Origin: Nostoc sp. DedSLP01
Lineage (GTDB): Bacteria; Cyanobacteriota; Cyanobacteriia; Cyanobacteriales; Nostocaceae
DNA length: 64,000 nt
Direction of reading: 5' to 3'
Assembly (NCBI GenBank): GCA_034530875.2
Contig: JAVRCJ020000001.1
Coordinates: forward strand, 256,001 to 320,000
In this document: piece by piece, positions 31,057 through 41,047 of the stretch
Layout of the letters: every line of letters starts with the position of its first letter
Position numbering within the stretch: the stretch's first letter is position 1
Made by a program: the position numbers and the translations under genes
The notes under the pieces: generated by a model
Seen by the model: only the letters and a program-made list of their open reading frames with translations
Told to the model about the DNA's origin: nothing
Databases searched by the model: none

Positions 31057-31944
31057 ATGAAAACAATTAGTTTACTTTTTAGCGAAGAACGCAACCAACT
31101 CCAGACAGATATTGACAACGCCAGCAGCATCGATGAGGTAATAAAACTGGTTCAAAATCAACTCGATGGTCTGGAAAAAAATTATATTAGCGAATTAAAT
31201 CTCATTCAAATACGTCTAGCTTCCTTCTTTTTGGATATGCTACGACAGTCAATTGCTACTCTTGCTGCAACTAGCTTTGTTCAAATCGCTCCCACTGAGC
31301 AAAAGCAAATTATTAATTCAGCGACACCATTTTACCTTAGCAGATTAGTCCTGAAAATACTTAAGGCTGTGATTTATCTGGGCATTTTCAGTTCATTATT
31401 CTCTTTAACCAAAACTACATCAAGTGGCTGGATGCCTATATTGCTGACGAGTCTGCTTTTAGGACTAGAAGTTGTACTGCAACTTGATAAAAGTAAATTA
31501 ACTTCTGTTGAATCCTTAGAAATACGCCAACCTATTTTAAAAGTTGATAGCAAAGTTTTTTTAGATAATCTTGCCGATGCTTTTAACACTATCGACCTGG
31601 CAATTGCTAGATTTGCAGAAGGAAACAAAATAGAAAGCAATGACACCATAGAAGAACTACCAGAATTATTGATTTTTTTACAGAGGCTTCTAGGTGCATC
31701 ATTTCTGAATAAACCCCAAATGACAAACGAACTAGTAAAACTGTTACCGCAGATTTTAATGTCCCAAGGAATTCGCTTTTCAATTTACCAACCGCAAGCA
31801 CAAGATAGTCACCGCGAGTATTTTGACTTTGAGCCAAGTATCGACCCATCTACCAAAGATTATGTCACTATTACACCTGCTTTGTTAAAAGGCGATCGCT
31901 TACTCAGTCGCGGCCGGGTAATTGAACCAGCTTATTCTCATTAG
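31057..31944 (+). CDS. membrane protein with GrpE-like C-terminus
   Basis: Two hydrophobic helices; C-terminal ITPALLKGDRLLSRGRV resembles the GrpE beta-domain; precedes an Hsp70-like gene. Confidence 0.6.
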   Translation: MKTISLLFSEERNQLQTDIDNASSIDEVIKLVQNQLDGLEKNYISELNLIQIRLASFFLDMLRQSIATLAATSFVQIAPTEQKQIINSATPFYLSRLVLKILKAVIYLGIFSSLFSLTKTTSSGWMPILLTSLLLGLEVVLQLDKSKLTSVESLEIRQPILKVDSKVFLDNLADAFNTIDLAIARFAEGNKIESNDTIEELPELLIFLQRLLGASFLNKPQMTNELVKLLPQILMSQGIRFSIYQPQAQDSHREYFDFEPSIDPSTKDYVTITPALLKGDRLLSRGRVIEPAYSH

Positions 31945-32039
31945 AAGGCAGGAGGCAGAAGGGAAAAGCCAGTTGCGATCGGGGTTTTGAACTTTTGGAT
32001 TTTACATTTAATTATGCCTACTACTTAGACAATAAAAGT

Positions 32040-33962
32040 ATGGAAATTTTAGAAACAATCGGTTTTGATTTGGGGCACGGCGAGACAGCTGTAGCTAAAG
32101 CGATAGTCCAAAGCATTGAACCTCCGCAAATGCTTGAGATTAATAATAAGAAAAATCAAATTACAGCCCTTGGTTGGCATCCTCAACTTGGTTATCTTGT
32201 TGGAGAACAAGCATTAATTCAAGCTGGGGTTAGTCAGTTGATAATCTCTTTCAAGCAAAAACCAAATAACGATCCAAATTACAGAAAAACAATTTGTACT
32301 TTTCTCGCTACCTATTATCACCAACTCAAAGAAACTAGACAAATTGAAGGCGAAGAAAATAGCTATTTTTATGTTGGTTGTCCTTCAGGATGGTCAACTA
32401 GCGATCGCGAAGCATACCAAAAACTACTTCAAGAAGCTGGCATTCCTCTACTTAACGTTGTACCTGAATCGCGGGCTGCTTTTATGCAAGCTAAGGAAGC
32501 AGGGAAACTAGAGTATGAAAAACTACGTTCTTCAGTACTAATTGTTGATATTGGCTCATCTACCACAGATTTTACTTTGGTGAAAACTTTATCGGAAGTG
32601 CCGATAGATTTTGGCAGTAATGCATTAGGAGCATCTTTAATTGACAAGGCTATTTTTGAGCGTACTCTCGCCAATCATGAAGAATCAAACTTACTCAAAA
32701 AAGTATTTGTAGAATATCCCCATCACCAAGCCCGCTGCGAACTTGCCTGCCGCAAAGCCAAAGAAGATTACTTTTCTAACGAACAGTTATACAGCGATCC
32801 TCAATCTTTTGCTCGTGGTTTCGAGTCGATTAACGAACAAATTTACTTTATTCCCCAAATCAATAAATTAATTATTGAGGAAATTTTAAATCAACCTTTA
32901 GTTGAACTAGGGCAAAAAAGTTGGCTCGATTCGTTTCGTAACTCTGTAAGCGAAGCGAAACAACAATTAGAACAACTGACTATCGTACCGAAATTAGTGC
33001 TGATGACTGGCGGTGCATCCCGAATGAAATTTACCCAAGTTATTTGCGAGGAAATTTTTAGCGAACCGGAAACTTTACTTCGCCCCGATCCCGAACCAGA
33101 ACGGTGCATTGCCTTGGGATTAGCGCGAGTCGGGCGATGGGATTTGCGTGCTAGTGCTTTCAAACAAGAAGTAAATAAACTTTTGGATTCACAAAAGCTC
33201 AAACAGCTGATTGAGAAACATATTCCAGAGTTAATTAAATTATTAATTGAGCCACTAGCAGATGGTTTGTTAGAAAACGCAGTTAGGCCAGGAGTAAAGG
33301 ACTGGCAAAAAAACCAAATTCGCACCTTAGCAGATTTGGAAGCATCCATGAAAACCCGTGCTGAAAATTGGTTGCAAAGCGATCGCTCTCAACAAATAAT
33401 TAACAAACAATGCATCAGTTGGTTTAACAATAAAATTCAACCTGACTTAGCCGCCGAAACCGATCCTATATGCCGCAAATTTCAAATACCGAGAAGCAGT
33501 TTAAGATTTGAGGAGAGTATAGAGCCAACTTTTGTTAACCCAGAATTACGAATTGGAGATGCTATTCTTGCCGACACGGTAGCGTTGATTGTTAATGTAT
33601 TAATTGGTGGCGGTACTATAGCCAGTATCATCACTTTAATATTAACTGGACACTTAACTTGGCCAATTGCATTAGTATACGGAGCTTCAGTAATTGCAGC
33701 AGGAATGGAGCTAAATCGCAAGACTGTGCAAGAAGCAATCAAGACAAATTTGGATATTCCAAGTTGGATTCGTTCTAATTTTTTGAACGATAGAAAAATT
33801 GATGATATGTGTCAGCAAATTAAGCCTGAGTTAGAGAACGTTCTTCAAGAACAACTAACAGCCAATCAACAAGCCTTTGACGAACTAATTGCAAAAGTTG
33901 AGCAAGGACTTCAAAAAGCTCTTACTGCCAAAGTTCAAGAAGCAATAATCCTCATCCAGTAA
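32040..33962 (+). CDS. atypical Hsp70-family ATPase with C-terminal hydrophobic hairpin
   Basis: IGFDLGHGET, VPESRAA, VDIGSSTTD, LMTGGASRM, IALGLA; no recognisable DnaK substrate-binding domain. Confidence 0.85.
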   Translation: MEILETIGFDLGHGETAVAKAIVQSIEPPQMLEINNKKNQITALGWHPQLGYLVGEQALIQAGVSQLIISFKQKPNNDPNYRKTICTFLATYYHQLKETRQIEGEENSYFYVGCPSGWSTSDREAYQKLLQEAGIPLLNVVPESRAAFMQAKEAGKLEYEKLRSSVLIVDIGSSTTDFTLVKTLSEVPIDFGSNALGASLIDKAIFERTLANHEESNLLKKVFVEYPHHQARCELACRKAKEDYFSNEQLYSDPQSFARGFESINEQIYFIPQINKLIIEEILNQPLVELGQKSWLDSFRNSVSEAKQQLEQLTIVPKLVLMTGGASRMKFTQVICEEIFSEPETLLRPDPEPERCIALGLARVGRWDLRASAFKQEVNKLLDSQKLKQLIEKHIPELIKLLIEPLADGLLENAVRPGVKDWQKNQIRTLADLEASMKTRAENWLQSDRSQQIINKQCISWFNNKIQPDLAAETDPICRKFQIPRSSLRFEESIEPTFVNPELRIGDAILADTVALIVNVLIGGGTIASIITLILTGHLTWPIALVYGASVIAAGMELNRKTVQEAIKTNLDIPSWIRSNFLNDRKIDDMCQQIKPELENVLQEQLTANQQAFDELIAKVEQGLQKALTAKVQEAIILIQ

Positions 33963-34010
33963 ACTAAAGATTTTTGGGCATATTTTATTTGCTATATTTG
34001 GTGTCAATTT

Positions 34011-34136
34011 AACGTGATTTCGACGGCGATCGCGGAAGCAAAAAGCTTGTTATGAAAGGAATAAGAGCAATTGACCCTAAAGACTTGCCTGCACTACCTA
34101 CCTCCTGCGCTGTTTTAGCTCCGTCGAACTCACGTT
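34011..34136. mobile_element. MITE-like element
   Basis: 16-bp terminal inverted repeats AACGTGATTTCGACGG / CCGTCGAACTCACGTT (1 mismatch). Confidence 0.7.
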
Positions 34137-35131
34137 ACTATGACTTCGCCTCTGCCATTAGTCGCTCTATTGCTGACAATGGTTGCTCGGCGGGAATATG
34201 GCTTATGAGGTCAGCAAGATTACTCGATAAATCCGAGCGATCGCTAAACACAAAATCCCTGTTTTCTTGGGCTGTCAAATCAACCGGGGAACCAAACAAC
34301 TGCTGACACAAGTCCCAACCGTCATTTACTTCTCAACTGTGGCGAAATCTTCGAGGTGTGCGACCAGTTGATTATGCTTTACCGTGATGCTGTCTCAAAA
34401 CCGACGACTCAAACCTTCATTCTTTCGTCAACTGACAAAAGTTTTCGATCTACTGACTTTGACTCGCAAAATATAAAGCATATACAAAGCTCAGTGCTTA
34501 TGTATAGATTTATTAGCAAGTAATATAAAGAATATGCAAAGATATCTGTCTAAATCTACAAATCTAAGTAAATACTCTAGATTGATTTAGTATGATGTTA
34601 TCTGAAGATATTTCCTATTTGTAAGCTAAATACCCAAGGGCGTTGGCGAAGCCCGCCGAAGGCATCGCCTACAAAAAAGGCATAGAGATTATTTCTCCTA
34701 TTCTTGTCAAGTGTTCCCTATTTTCAAACTAGTACGACTTAAGCATTCGCCCAACCAATTTATCAAATTTTGGTTTGGGACATTCGAGCTTGGCTTTTCA
34801 ACCGTTCTTCAGTAATGTTAAGGCTAAATGCTTAATAATACTATTGAAGAAAGATACTTAAAACAAGCCTGAAACTAGTTGTTTTTGTGAATCTACATCC
34901 TCATAAATGTATACGGCGCTTAAGACGTAGATAGCCCTCAATAGTTGGATAAATACACTACTTGCAAGCAACTTAAAAGGAGATTTTTCCTCAAAAATTT
35001 CTAATATTCCAACGTGATATAAGGTATGCCGAAATATGATGCTTTCGGCGAAATTTTGTGCGCTCAAATAGCACTCACAGCAAATTGAGAACTTCATTTA
35101 CCGTAAAAATCGATTCAGGTAGGAAAAAGTG

Positions 35132-38100
35132 ATGTCAAATATCATTGGAAGCAACGCAAACGATACCCTAAATGGTAGTAGTGACGCCGACACAATTAAT
35201 GGCAAAGCTGGGAATGATGTCATTGATGCTCAGGGAGGCGACGACACCTTAACAGGTGGGGGTGGCAAGGATACGTTTGTTTACAACAGATACTTTGTCG
35301 ATAATAGTGACGGCACTGATATTATTACTGATTTCAATGGTGTGGGTAAAGGAACAAACCCAACAGCACCAGTCATTGCTGAAGTTGATACCATACAATT
35401 TATTGGGGAAGGGTTGACTGCGCGAAATCTGCTGCTGACGCAGAATGCTAGCAATTTAGAAATCAGTTTTGATGGAGCAAATGAAGTCAAAGTTATCTTG
35501 CAAAACTTCAAACTAGAAGATTTGGATAACTTGAAAGCTTCTGGTAGTATCCCAGCTATTGGCAATATTATCTTTAATGGGCAAACTACCATTACCGATA
35601 GCTTTAATGTTCTAGATGCCAACTCTACCGATACGAGCATCGGCATTGCCAACACGGTTACCTTCTTTAATGACTTAGACAACAACATTACAGGTTTAGA
35701 TAACTCAGATGATGTCATTAATGGTCAGGGAGGTAATGACAAAATCGATGGTTTAAGTGGCAACGACCTGCTGCGTGGTGGTGCGGGGAATGATACTCTC
35801 ATTGGCGGTCTGGGAAATGATACCCTCGTTGAGGTCACTGGCAATAACTCTCTTGTTGGTGGTGCTGGTGACGATAGCTTAAAAGTTGACTATTCAACAG
35901 GCGATAACACCCTCAACGGTGGTGCTGGTAACGATAGATTAAACGCTCAGGCTTCACAAGGTAATAACTTACTTTTTGGCGAGGATGGGAATGATACTCT
36001 TGACGCCTCTTACCTAAGTAGTGACTACGGATACGGCTATACTCCAACCTTAGGCAATAACACCCTCTACGGTGGCGCTGGTGACGATACTTTACTTGCT
36101 CTGACTCCCAAAGGCAATAGATTCCTTTCTGGGGACGATGGCAACGATCGCCTCTCAGTCTCTGGGTTTGATGCTTATAGATCTTACTATAGTTTTAGCT
36201 CCTCAGGTAATAATACCCTCAACGGTGGTGCTGGTAACGATACATTGCTTGCTGAGTATTCAACAGGCAATAACCTACTTTCTGGTGGCGATGGCAATGA
36301 TTTTCTAGACATCTCTGGCTATGTCATCGGAACCAGTGCTGGAGATTTTTACGATCCCACTTCAGGTAATAACACCCTCAACGGTGGGGCTGGTAACGAT
36401 ACGTTGCTTGCTGACTATTCAACAGGCAATAACTTACTCTCTGGTGGCGATGGCAATGATTCCTTTTATCTAAATACTTTACTTGGTGATACTTTAGCAA
36501 TTCAAACAGTAGATGGAGGAAAGGATGACGATTTGTTGTCTGTCGATGGCAGCATTGCTAACCAAGCAATCACTTCGACATACAATGCCACTGCTAATAC
36601 TGGAGTAATTAAAACGGGCAAGTATCAAGTTAACTACAAAAATATCGAACGATTAAATATCTTAGGTACACAGTACAATGACAACATTTTGGGGAGCAAT
36701 GGCAACGATACACTCTCCCCAGGCAATGGTGGCAAAGACACCATAGATGGGGGTAAGGGTGACGATGTAGTGTTCGTTGATTACCGAAACGCTACAAAAA
36801 AAATCACAACAACATTTAATGCCACCACTAATACTGGCTCAATTACGGCAGGCACTTATCAGGTTACCTACAAGAATATCGAACGATTAAACATTTTAGG
36901 TACAGCCTACGATGACAAGATTGTGGGCAACAATGGCAATGATACGCTTTCTACAGGCAGTGGCGGCAAAGACACAATAGATGGCGGTCAAGGTGACGAT
37001 GTGCTGTCAGTCGATTACTACAGTAATACGACAGGTATTACAACGACATACAATGCCACTACTAACACTGGAGCAATTACAGCAGGCAATAATCGGGTTA
37101 GTTACAAGAATATCGAACGATTAAATATCTTTGGTACAGCTTTCGATGACAAAATTTTAGGGAACAATGGCAACGATACGCTCTTTGGGGGCTATGACGG
37201 TAATGATACGATTATTGGCGGTGCAGGTAATGATGTTCTAAAAGGTGGGAAGGGTAACGACACCTTAACTGGTGGTTCCGGCAATGATAAATTTGTTTAC
37301 GACTTGTTAGAGAGCGGCTATGAAATCGGTACTGATATAATCACAGATTTTGATGCCTCCTTAGACACTTTGCAATTTATAGATAACAGTAGCTTCCCTC
37401 TATTTACTGCTCAAAATCTGCAATTAAATCAAAATGGTAACAATTTAGAAATCACCTTTGAAGATTTATCTAATAATAATACTGGCAAAGTCATTCTCCA
37501 AAATTTCCAGTTAGAAAACCTTGATGGTGAGAATATCCTGTTTACTGGGCAAACCGGCATCAGCGAGAGTATTGATGTGTTTGATGCTAATTCCACTCAA
37601 ACTAGCCTGTTGAACAAAAACGCTGTTACCTTCCTTAATGACCTCAACAACAACATTACGGGTTTTGACAACTCCAATGATGTGGTGAATGGTCAGGGGG
37701 GTGACGATATCATCAACGGCTTAAGTGGTAACGATCTTTTGAGAGGTAATGCCGGAAATGATACTCTCATTGGCGATACCGGAAATGATACTCTCATTGG
37801 CGGTGCCGGAAATAATAGCCTTGAAGGTGGTACTGGTGACGATATATTGAGCGCTAGGGGTTCAACAGGCAATAATACTCTCAATGGAGGTGCAGGTAAC
37901 GATACATTAGATGGTGTGGCTTCAACAGGCAATAACCTGCTCGTTGGCGGCGATGGCAATGATTATCTTGACATCTCTGGCCGCTACTACACCGACGACT
38001 ATAGCTCCCCCTCCGACTCTCGCACTTTAGGCAATAATACCCTCAATGGAGGTATAGGTGACGATAGGCTAAGTGCTAGCGGTTCAAAAGGCAATAATCT

Positions 38101-39064
38101 GCTCTCTGGTGGCAATGGCAATGATTATCTTGACATCTCTGGCCGCTACTCCAACGACTATGGCTTCATCTCCGACTCTCGCACTTTAGGCAATAACACC
38201 CTCAATGGAGGTGTAGGTGACGATACATTGAAAGCTAGCGGTTCAAAAGGTAATAACCTGCTTATTGGGGGCGATGGCAATGATTATCTTGATATCTCTG
38301 GCGACTACAGCTACTACGCCTCCTATGACTACTCCGACTCTCGCCCCTCTGGTAATAATACCCTCAATGGAGGTGCTGGTAACGATAACTTGAGCGTTAG
38401 CAGTTCAAGAGGCGATAATTTCCTCTCTGGGGGCGATGGCAATGATTCCTTCGATGTAATCACTAATTTCGTAGATACTGACTTACCTGATTTAGTGATT
38501 CAAACAGTAGATGGAGGTAATGGTGATGATTCGTTGTTGACTATTTACAACGTTGCTTCTAAGGGAATTACTTCGACATTCAATGCTACTACTAACACTG
38601 GCTCAATTACAGTGGGTAAGTATCAGATTAACTACAATAATATCGAACAATTAAATATCTCAGGTACGGACAATAATGACTCGATTGTTGGGAGCAATGG
38701 CAATGATACCCTTAATGGTGTAAACGGTAATGATAGCCTTTTTGGAGGAGCTGGCACTGATACTTTTGGTTTCTATAATTACAATGTGGGTGTTGACACT
38801 ATTTATGACTTCAACGCTACTAATGAACTAATCCAGGTATATGGTTTTAGTTTTGGTGGCGGCTTATCAACAGGCTCACTTCAGGCGAGTCAGTTCACCA
38901 TTGGAACATCTGCAACCACAAGTAGTCAGCGATTTATTTATAACTCGACTACAGGTGCATTGTTCTTTGACCAAGATGGCAGTGCGGGTGCGTTTACTCA
39001 AGTACAATTTGCACAACTAGCTACTGGTTTATCACTAACCAACAACAATTTTGTGGTTGTTTAA
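35132..39064 (+). CDS. RTX (hemolysin-type calcium-binding repeat) secreted/surface protein
   Basis: Dozens of GGxGxDxL nonapeptides; DIITDF motifs; C-terminal FIYN..TGALFFDQDG...QFAQL; no Sec signal. Confidence 0.93.
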   Translation: MSNIIGSNANDTLNGSSDADTINGKAGNDVIDAQGGDDTLTGGGGKDTFVYNRYFVDNSDGTDIITDFNGVGKGTNPTAPVIAEVDTIQFIGEGLTARNLLLTQNASNLEISFDGANEVKVILQNFKLEDLDNLKASGSIPAIGNIIFNGQTTITDSFNVLDANSTDTSIGIANTVTFFNDLDNNITGLDNSDDVINGQGGNDKIDGLSGNDLLRGGAGNDTLIGGLGNDTLVEVTGNNSLVGGAGDDSLKVDYSTGDNTLNGGAGNDRLNAQASQGNNLLFGEDGNDTLDASYLSSDYGYGYTPTLGNNTLYGGAGDDTLLALTPKGNRFLSGDDGNDRLSVSGFDAYRSYYSFSSSGNNTLNGGAGNDTLLAEYSTGNNLLSGGDGNDFLDISGYVIGTSAGDFYDPTSGNNTLNGGAGNDTLLADYSTGNNLLSGGDGNDSFYLNTLLGDTLAIQTVDGGKDDDLLSVDGSIANQAITSTYNATANTGVIKTGKYQVNYKNIERLNILGTQYNDNILGSNGNDTLSPGNGGKDTIDGGKGDDVVFVDYRNATKKITTTFNATTNTGSITAGTYQVTYKNIERLNILGTAYDDKIVGNNGNDTLSTGSGGKDTIDGGQGDDVLSVDYYSNTTGITTTYNATTNTGAITAGNNRVSYKNIERLNIFGTAFDDKILGNNGNDTLFGGYDGNDTIIGGAGNDVLKGGKGNDTLTGGSGNDKFVYDLLESGYEIGTDIITDFDASLDTLQFIDNSSFPLFTAQNLQLNQNGNNLEITFEDLSNNNTGKVILQNFQLENLDGENILFTGQTGISESIDVFDANSTQTSLLNKNAVTFLNDLNNNITGFDNSNDVVNGQGGDDIINGLSGNDLLRGNAGNDTLIGDTGNDTLIGGAGNNSLEGGTGDDILSARGSTGNNTLNGGAGNDTLDGVASTGNNLLVGGDGNDYLDISGRYYTDDYSSPSDSRTLGNNTLNGGIGDDRLSASGSKGNNLLSGGNGNDYLDISGRYSNDYGFISDSRTLGNNTLNGGVGDDTLKASGSKGNNLLIGGDGNDYLDISGDYSYYASYDYSDSRPSGNNTLNGGAGNDNLSVSSSRGDNFLSGGDGNDSFDVITNFVDTDLPDLVIQTVDGGNGDDSLLTIYNVASKGITSTFNATTNTGSITVGKYQINYNNIEQLNISGTDNNDSIVGSNGNDTLNGVNGNDSLFGGAGTDTFGFYNYNVGVDTIYDFNATNELIQVYGFSFGGGLSTGSLQASQFTIGTSATTSSQRFIYNSTTGALFFDQDGSAGAFTQVQFAQLATGLSLTNNNFVVV

Positions 39065-39418
39065 AGTTAATTAGCACTCTATTCTAATCTCAGCAGACAG
39101 AGTAACTAATATTGTGAATGTGAAGTACTATTTTAGACACTTCACACTCACTTCCAAAAATCAATTCTCAGATGCTTCCTTGCTGCGCTGTAGGCATGTG
39201 TGCGAACAAAAATATATAGCGATCGCATTTGATTCATAGAAATTACTTGCGTAGTACGTGTTCGCGTTGGCGTTGGCGTTGGCGAAGCCTCTCGTAGAGA
39301 AGCCTCTCGCACAGAAGCGCAGCACAAACACGATCGGCTCTTAACACAGAACAGAAGACAAGGCACAAGAGGTGTGCCTTGTTTTCCAAAAACCAAATAG
39401 AAATCCTGTACTGTTTTA

Positions 39419-39575
39419 TTATTCCTTGAGTATATATTTCTGTGGTACATCTGCTGTTCTCAGATTTAACAAAGTTCTGTCTTGCTCACGGCTCAGGAAT
39501 ACTCTTAAACGAGCGCCCATATCTATTAGTTACCTCGGCAGATTTATTCTCCGTATTTACTTATTTTCACAGAGT
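39419..39575 (-). mobile_element. IS630-like left-end remnant with transposase N-terminus (ATG 39520)
   Basis: Manual translation MGARLRVFLSREQDRTLLNLRTADVPQK, recalled as the N-terminus of cyanobacterial IS630-type HTH proteins, followed by an early stop. Confidence 0.65.
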
Positions 39576-39651
39576 TCGGTTTTTTCGTGCCTACCTATTT
39601 ACTTTATTTCATCCTAATAGCAAAGAAGATAACTGATAACTCTTTTTACGT

Positions 39652-40809
39652 TCAACATTCTCTGATTCCTGCTAATTGATGAATCTGTTGAGTGTACCAG
39701 ATAATTTCAAGCATTCCCTCATCCATGTGCGTATTTGGTGTTAGCTGTGGTTGTAGATTAATCTTTTCAGTTCGACCGGTCAAAAGTTGTATTGGAAAAT
39801 CTGGTACAACTGCCAAAGGTCTTGCTAAACCAATCACATCCACACTGCCTTCAGAAATTGCTTGTACCATAGCATTAACTGAGCGAAAGCCCCCAGTCAA
39901 CATAATTGGAATAGAAACAATTGAGCGCACTCGGCGAACATATTCTAAAAAATAAGCTTCTCGTTGCCTTGTAGTTTCTTTTTGAGGAATTTGTACCTGA
40001 CCCATCATTGCTAATTTTTCGTAAGTCCCACCAGATATTTCGATTAAATCAACACCAACTTGTTCTAAAGCTTGGACAACATTCATAGATTCTTCTTCAG
40101 TAAACCCACCTCGTTGAAAATCAGCAGAATTTAGTTTGACACTAATCGGGAAGTCCTTCCCAAGACAGTTACGTATTCCTTGATATACTTCTAACAAGAA
40201 ATGCATACGCTTTTCTGGTGTTCCTCCCCAGCAATCGGTACGTAAATTAGAAAGAGGAGATAAAAACTGATTAATCAAATAGCCATGAGCTGCATGAATT
40301 TGTATGCCAGTAAAACCAACTTTTTTGGCAACTGTTGCTGTATAAATGTGACGCTCAATTAATTGTTCAATCTCGGCTGAAGTCAATGCTCTAGGGTCAG
40401 CGAAGTCTTGAGCGGGTAGTTGTAGTGGAACTGAAGATGGTGCGACTGGTTGAGATGATAAATAGCTTGGAGATTGTCGTCCCGGATGGTTAATCTGCAT
40501 CCAGACATGACCTGCTTTTGTCTTGCTTGCAGTTGCCCATTGTTCTAGTAGTGATAAATGTTGTTCATCCTCAATTACAATGTCATTTGGTAAAACCAGT
40601 GCCATTCGATCGATCATTACATTGCCTGTAATCAATAATCCTGCTCCTCCTAATGCCCATCTTTTATATAAGCGAATTATTTCTGGTGTTGGAGCATTAT
40701 TAATATCACCTAATTGCTCATTCATGGCAGCTTTAGCTATACGATTTGGTAATTGCGCTCCACAGGCTAGTTTTAATGGTTGGTTGAGAATTGCAACTTT
40801 GTTTTCCAT
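39652..40809 (-). CDS. NADH:flavin oxidoreductase (Old Yellow Enzyme family)
   Basis: NRIAKAAM, QINHPGRQ, HAAHGYLINQFLSP, EISGGTYE. Confidence 0.93.
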   Translation of the reverse strand: MENKVAILNQPLKLACGAQLPNRIAKAAMNEQLGDINNAPTPEIIRLYKRWALGGAGLLITGNVMIDRMALVLPNDIVIEDEQHLSLLEQWATASKTKAGHVWMQINHPGRQSPSYLSSQPVAPSSVPLQLPAQDFADPRALTSAEIEQLIERHIYTATVAKKVGFTGIQIHAAHGYLINQFLSPLSNLRTDCWGGTPEKRMHFLLEVYQGIRNCLGKDFPISVKLNSADFQRGGFTEEESMNVVQALEQVGVDLIEISGGTYEKLAMMGQVQIPQKETTRQREAYFLEYVRRVRSIVSIPIMLTGGFRSVNAMVQAISEGSVDVIGLARPLAVVPDFPIQLLTGRTEKINLQPQLTPNTHMDEGMLEIIWYTQQIHQLAGIREC

Positions 40810-41047
40810 AGCTAGAACTTAGATAAATTTCCAACAGCATTTGGATCTGACGATAGAGTTTATTCTCACATGGCGACTGGTAGTGCTGAAATCTTGACCC
40901 TTAAGAAAAAAAAATCCTCACAAGCTTACCTTGATGTGTCCTAGTTTTGGATGGTTTACTTCTTATATTACTTCTGTCCTCCTCTGCTACCCCTCATGAT
41001 TGGATATTTTTTATTTGGAAGTCCCTAAGCGGATTCGAGGGAGTGTG

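Noticed and set aside
32040..33962. Call as canonical dnaK
   Set aside because: Divergent motifs, no substrate-binding domain, hydrophobic C-terminal hairpin.
34138..34400. Broken minus-strand reading frames next to the MITE
   Set aside because: Possibly a pseudogene, but no start or recognisable family; insufficient support.
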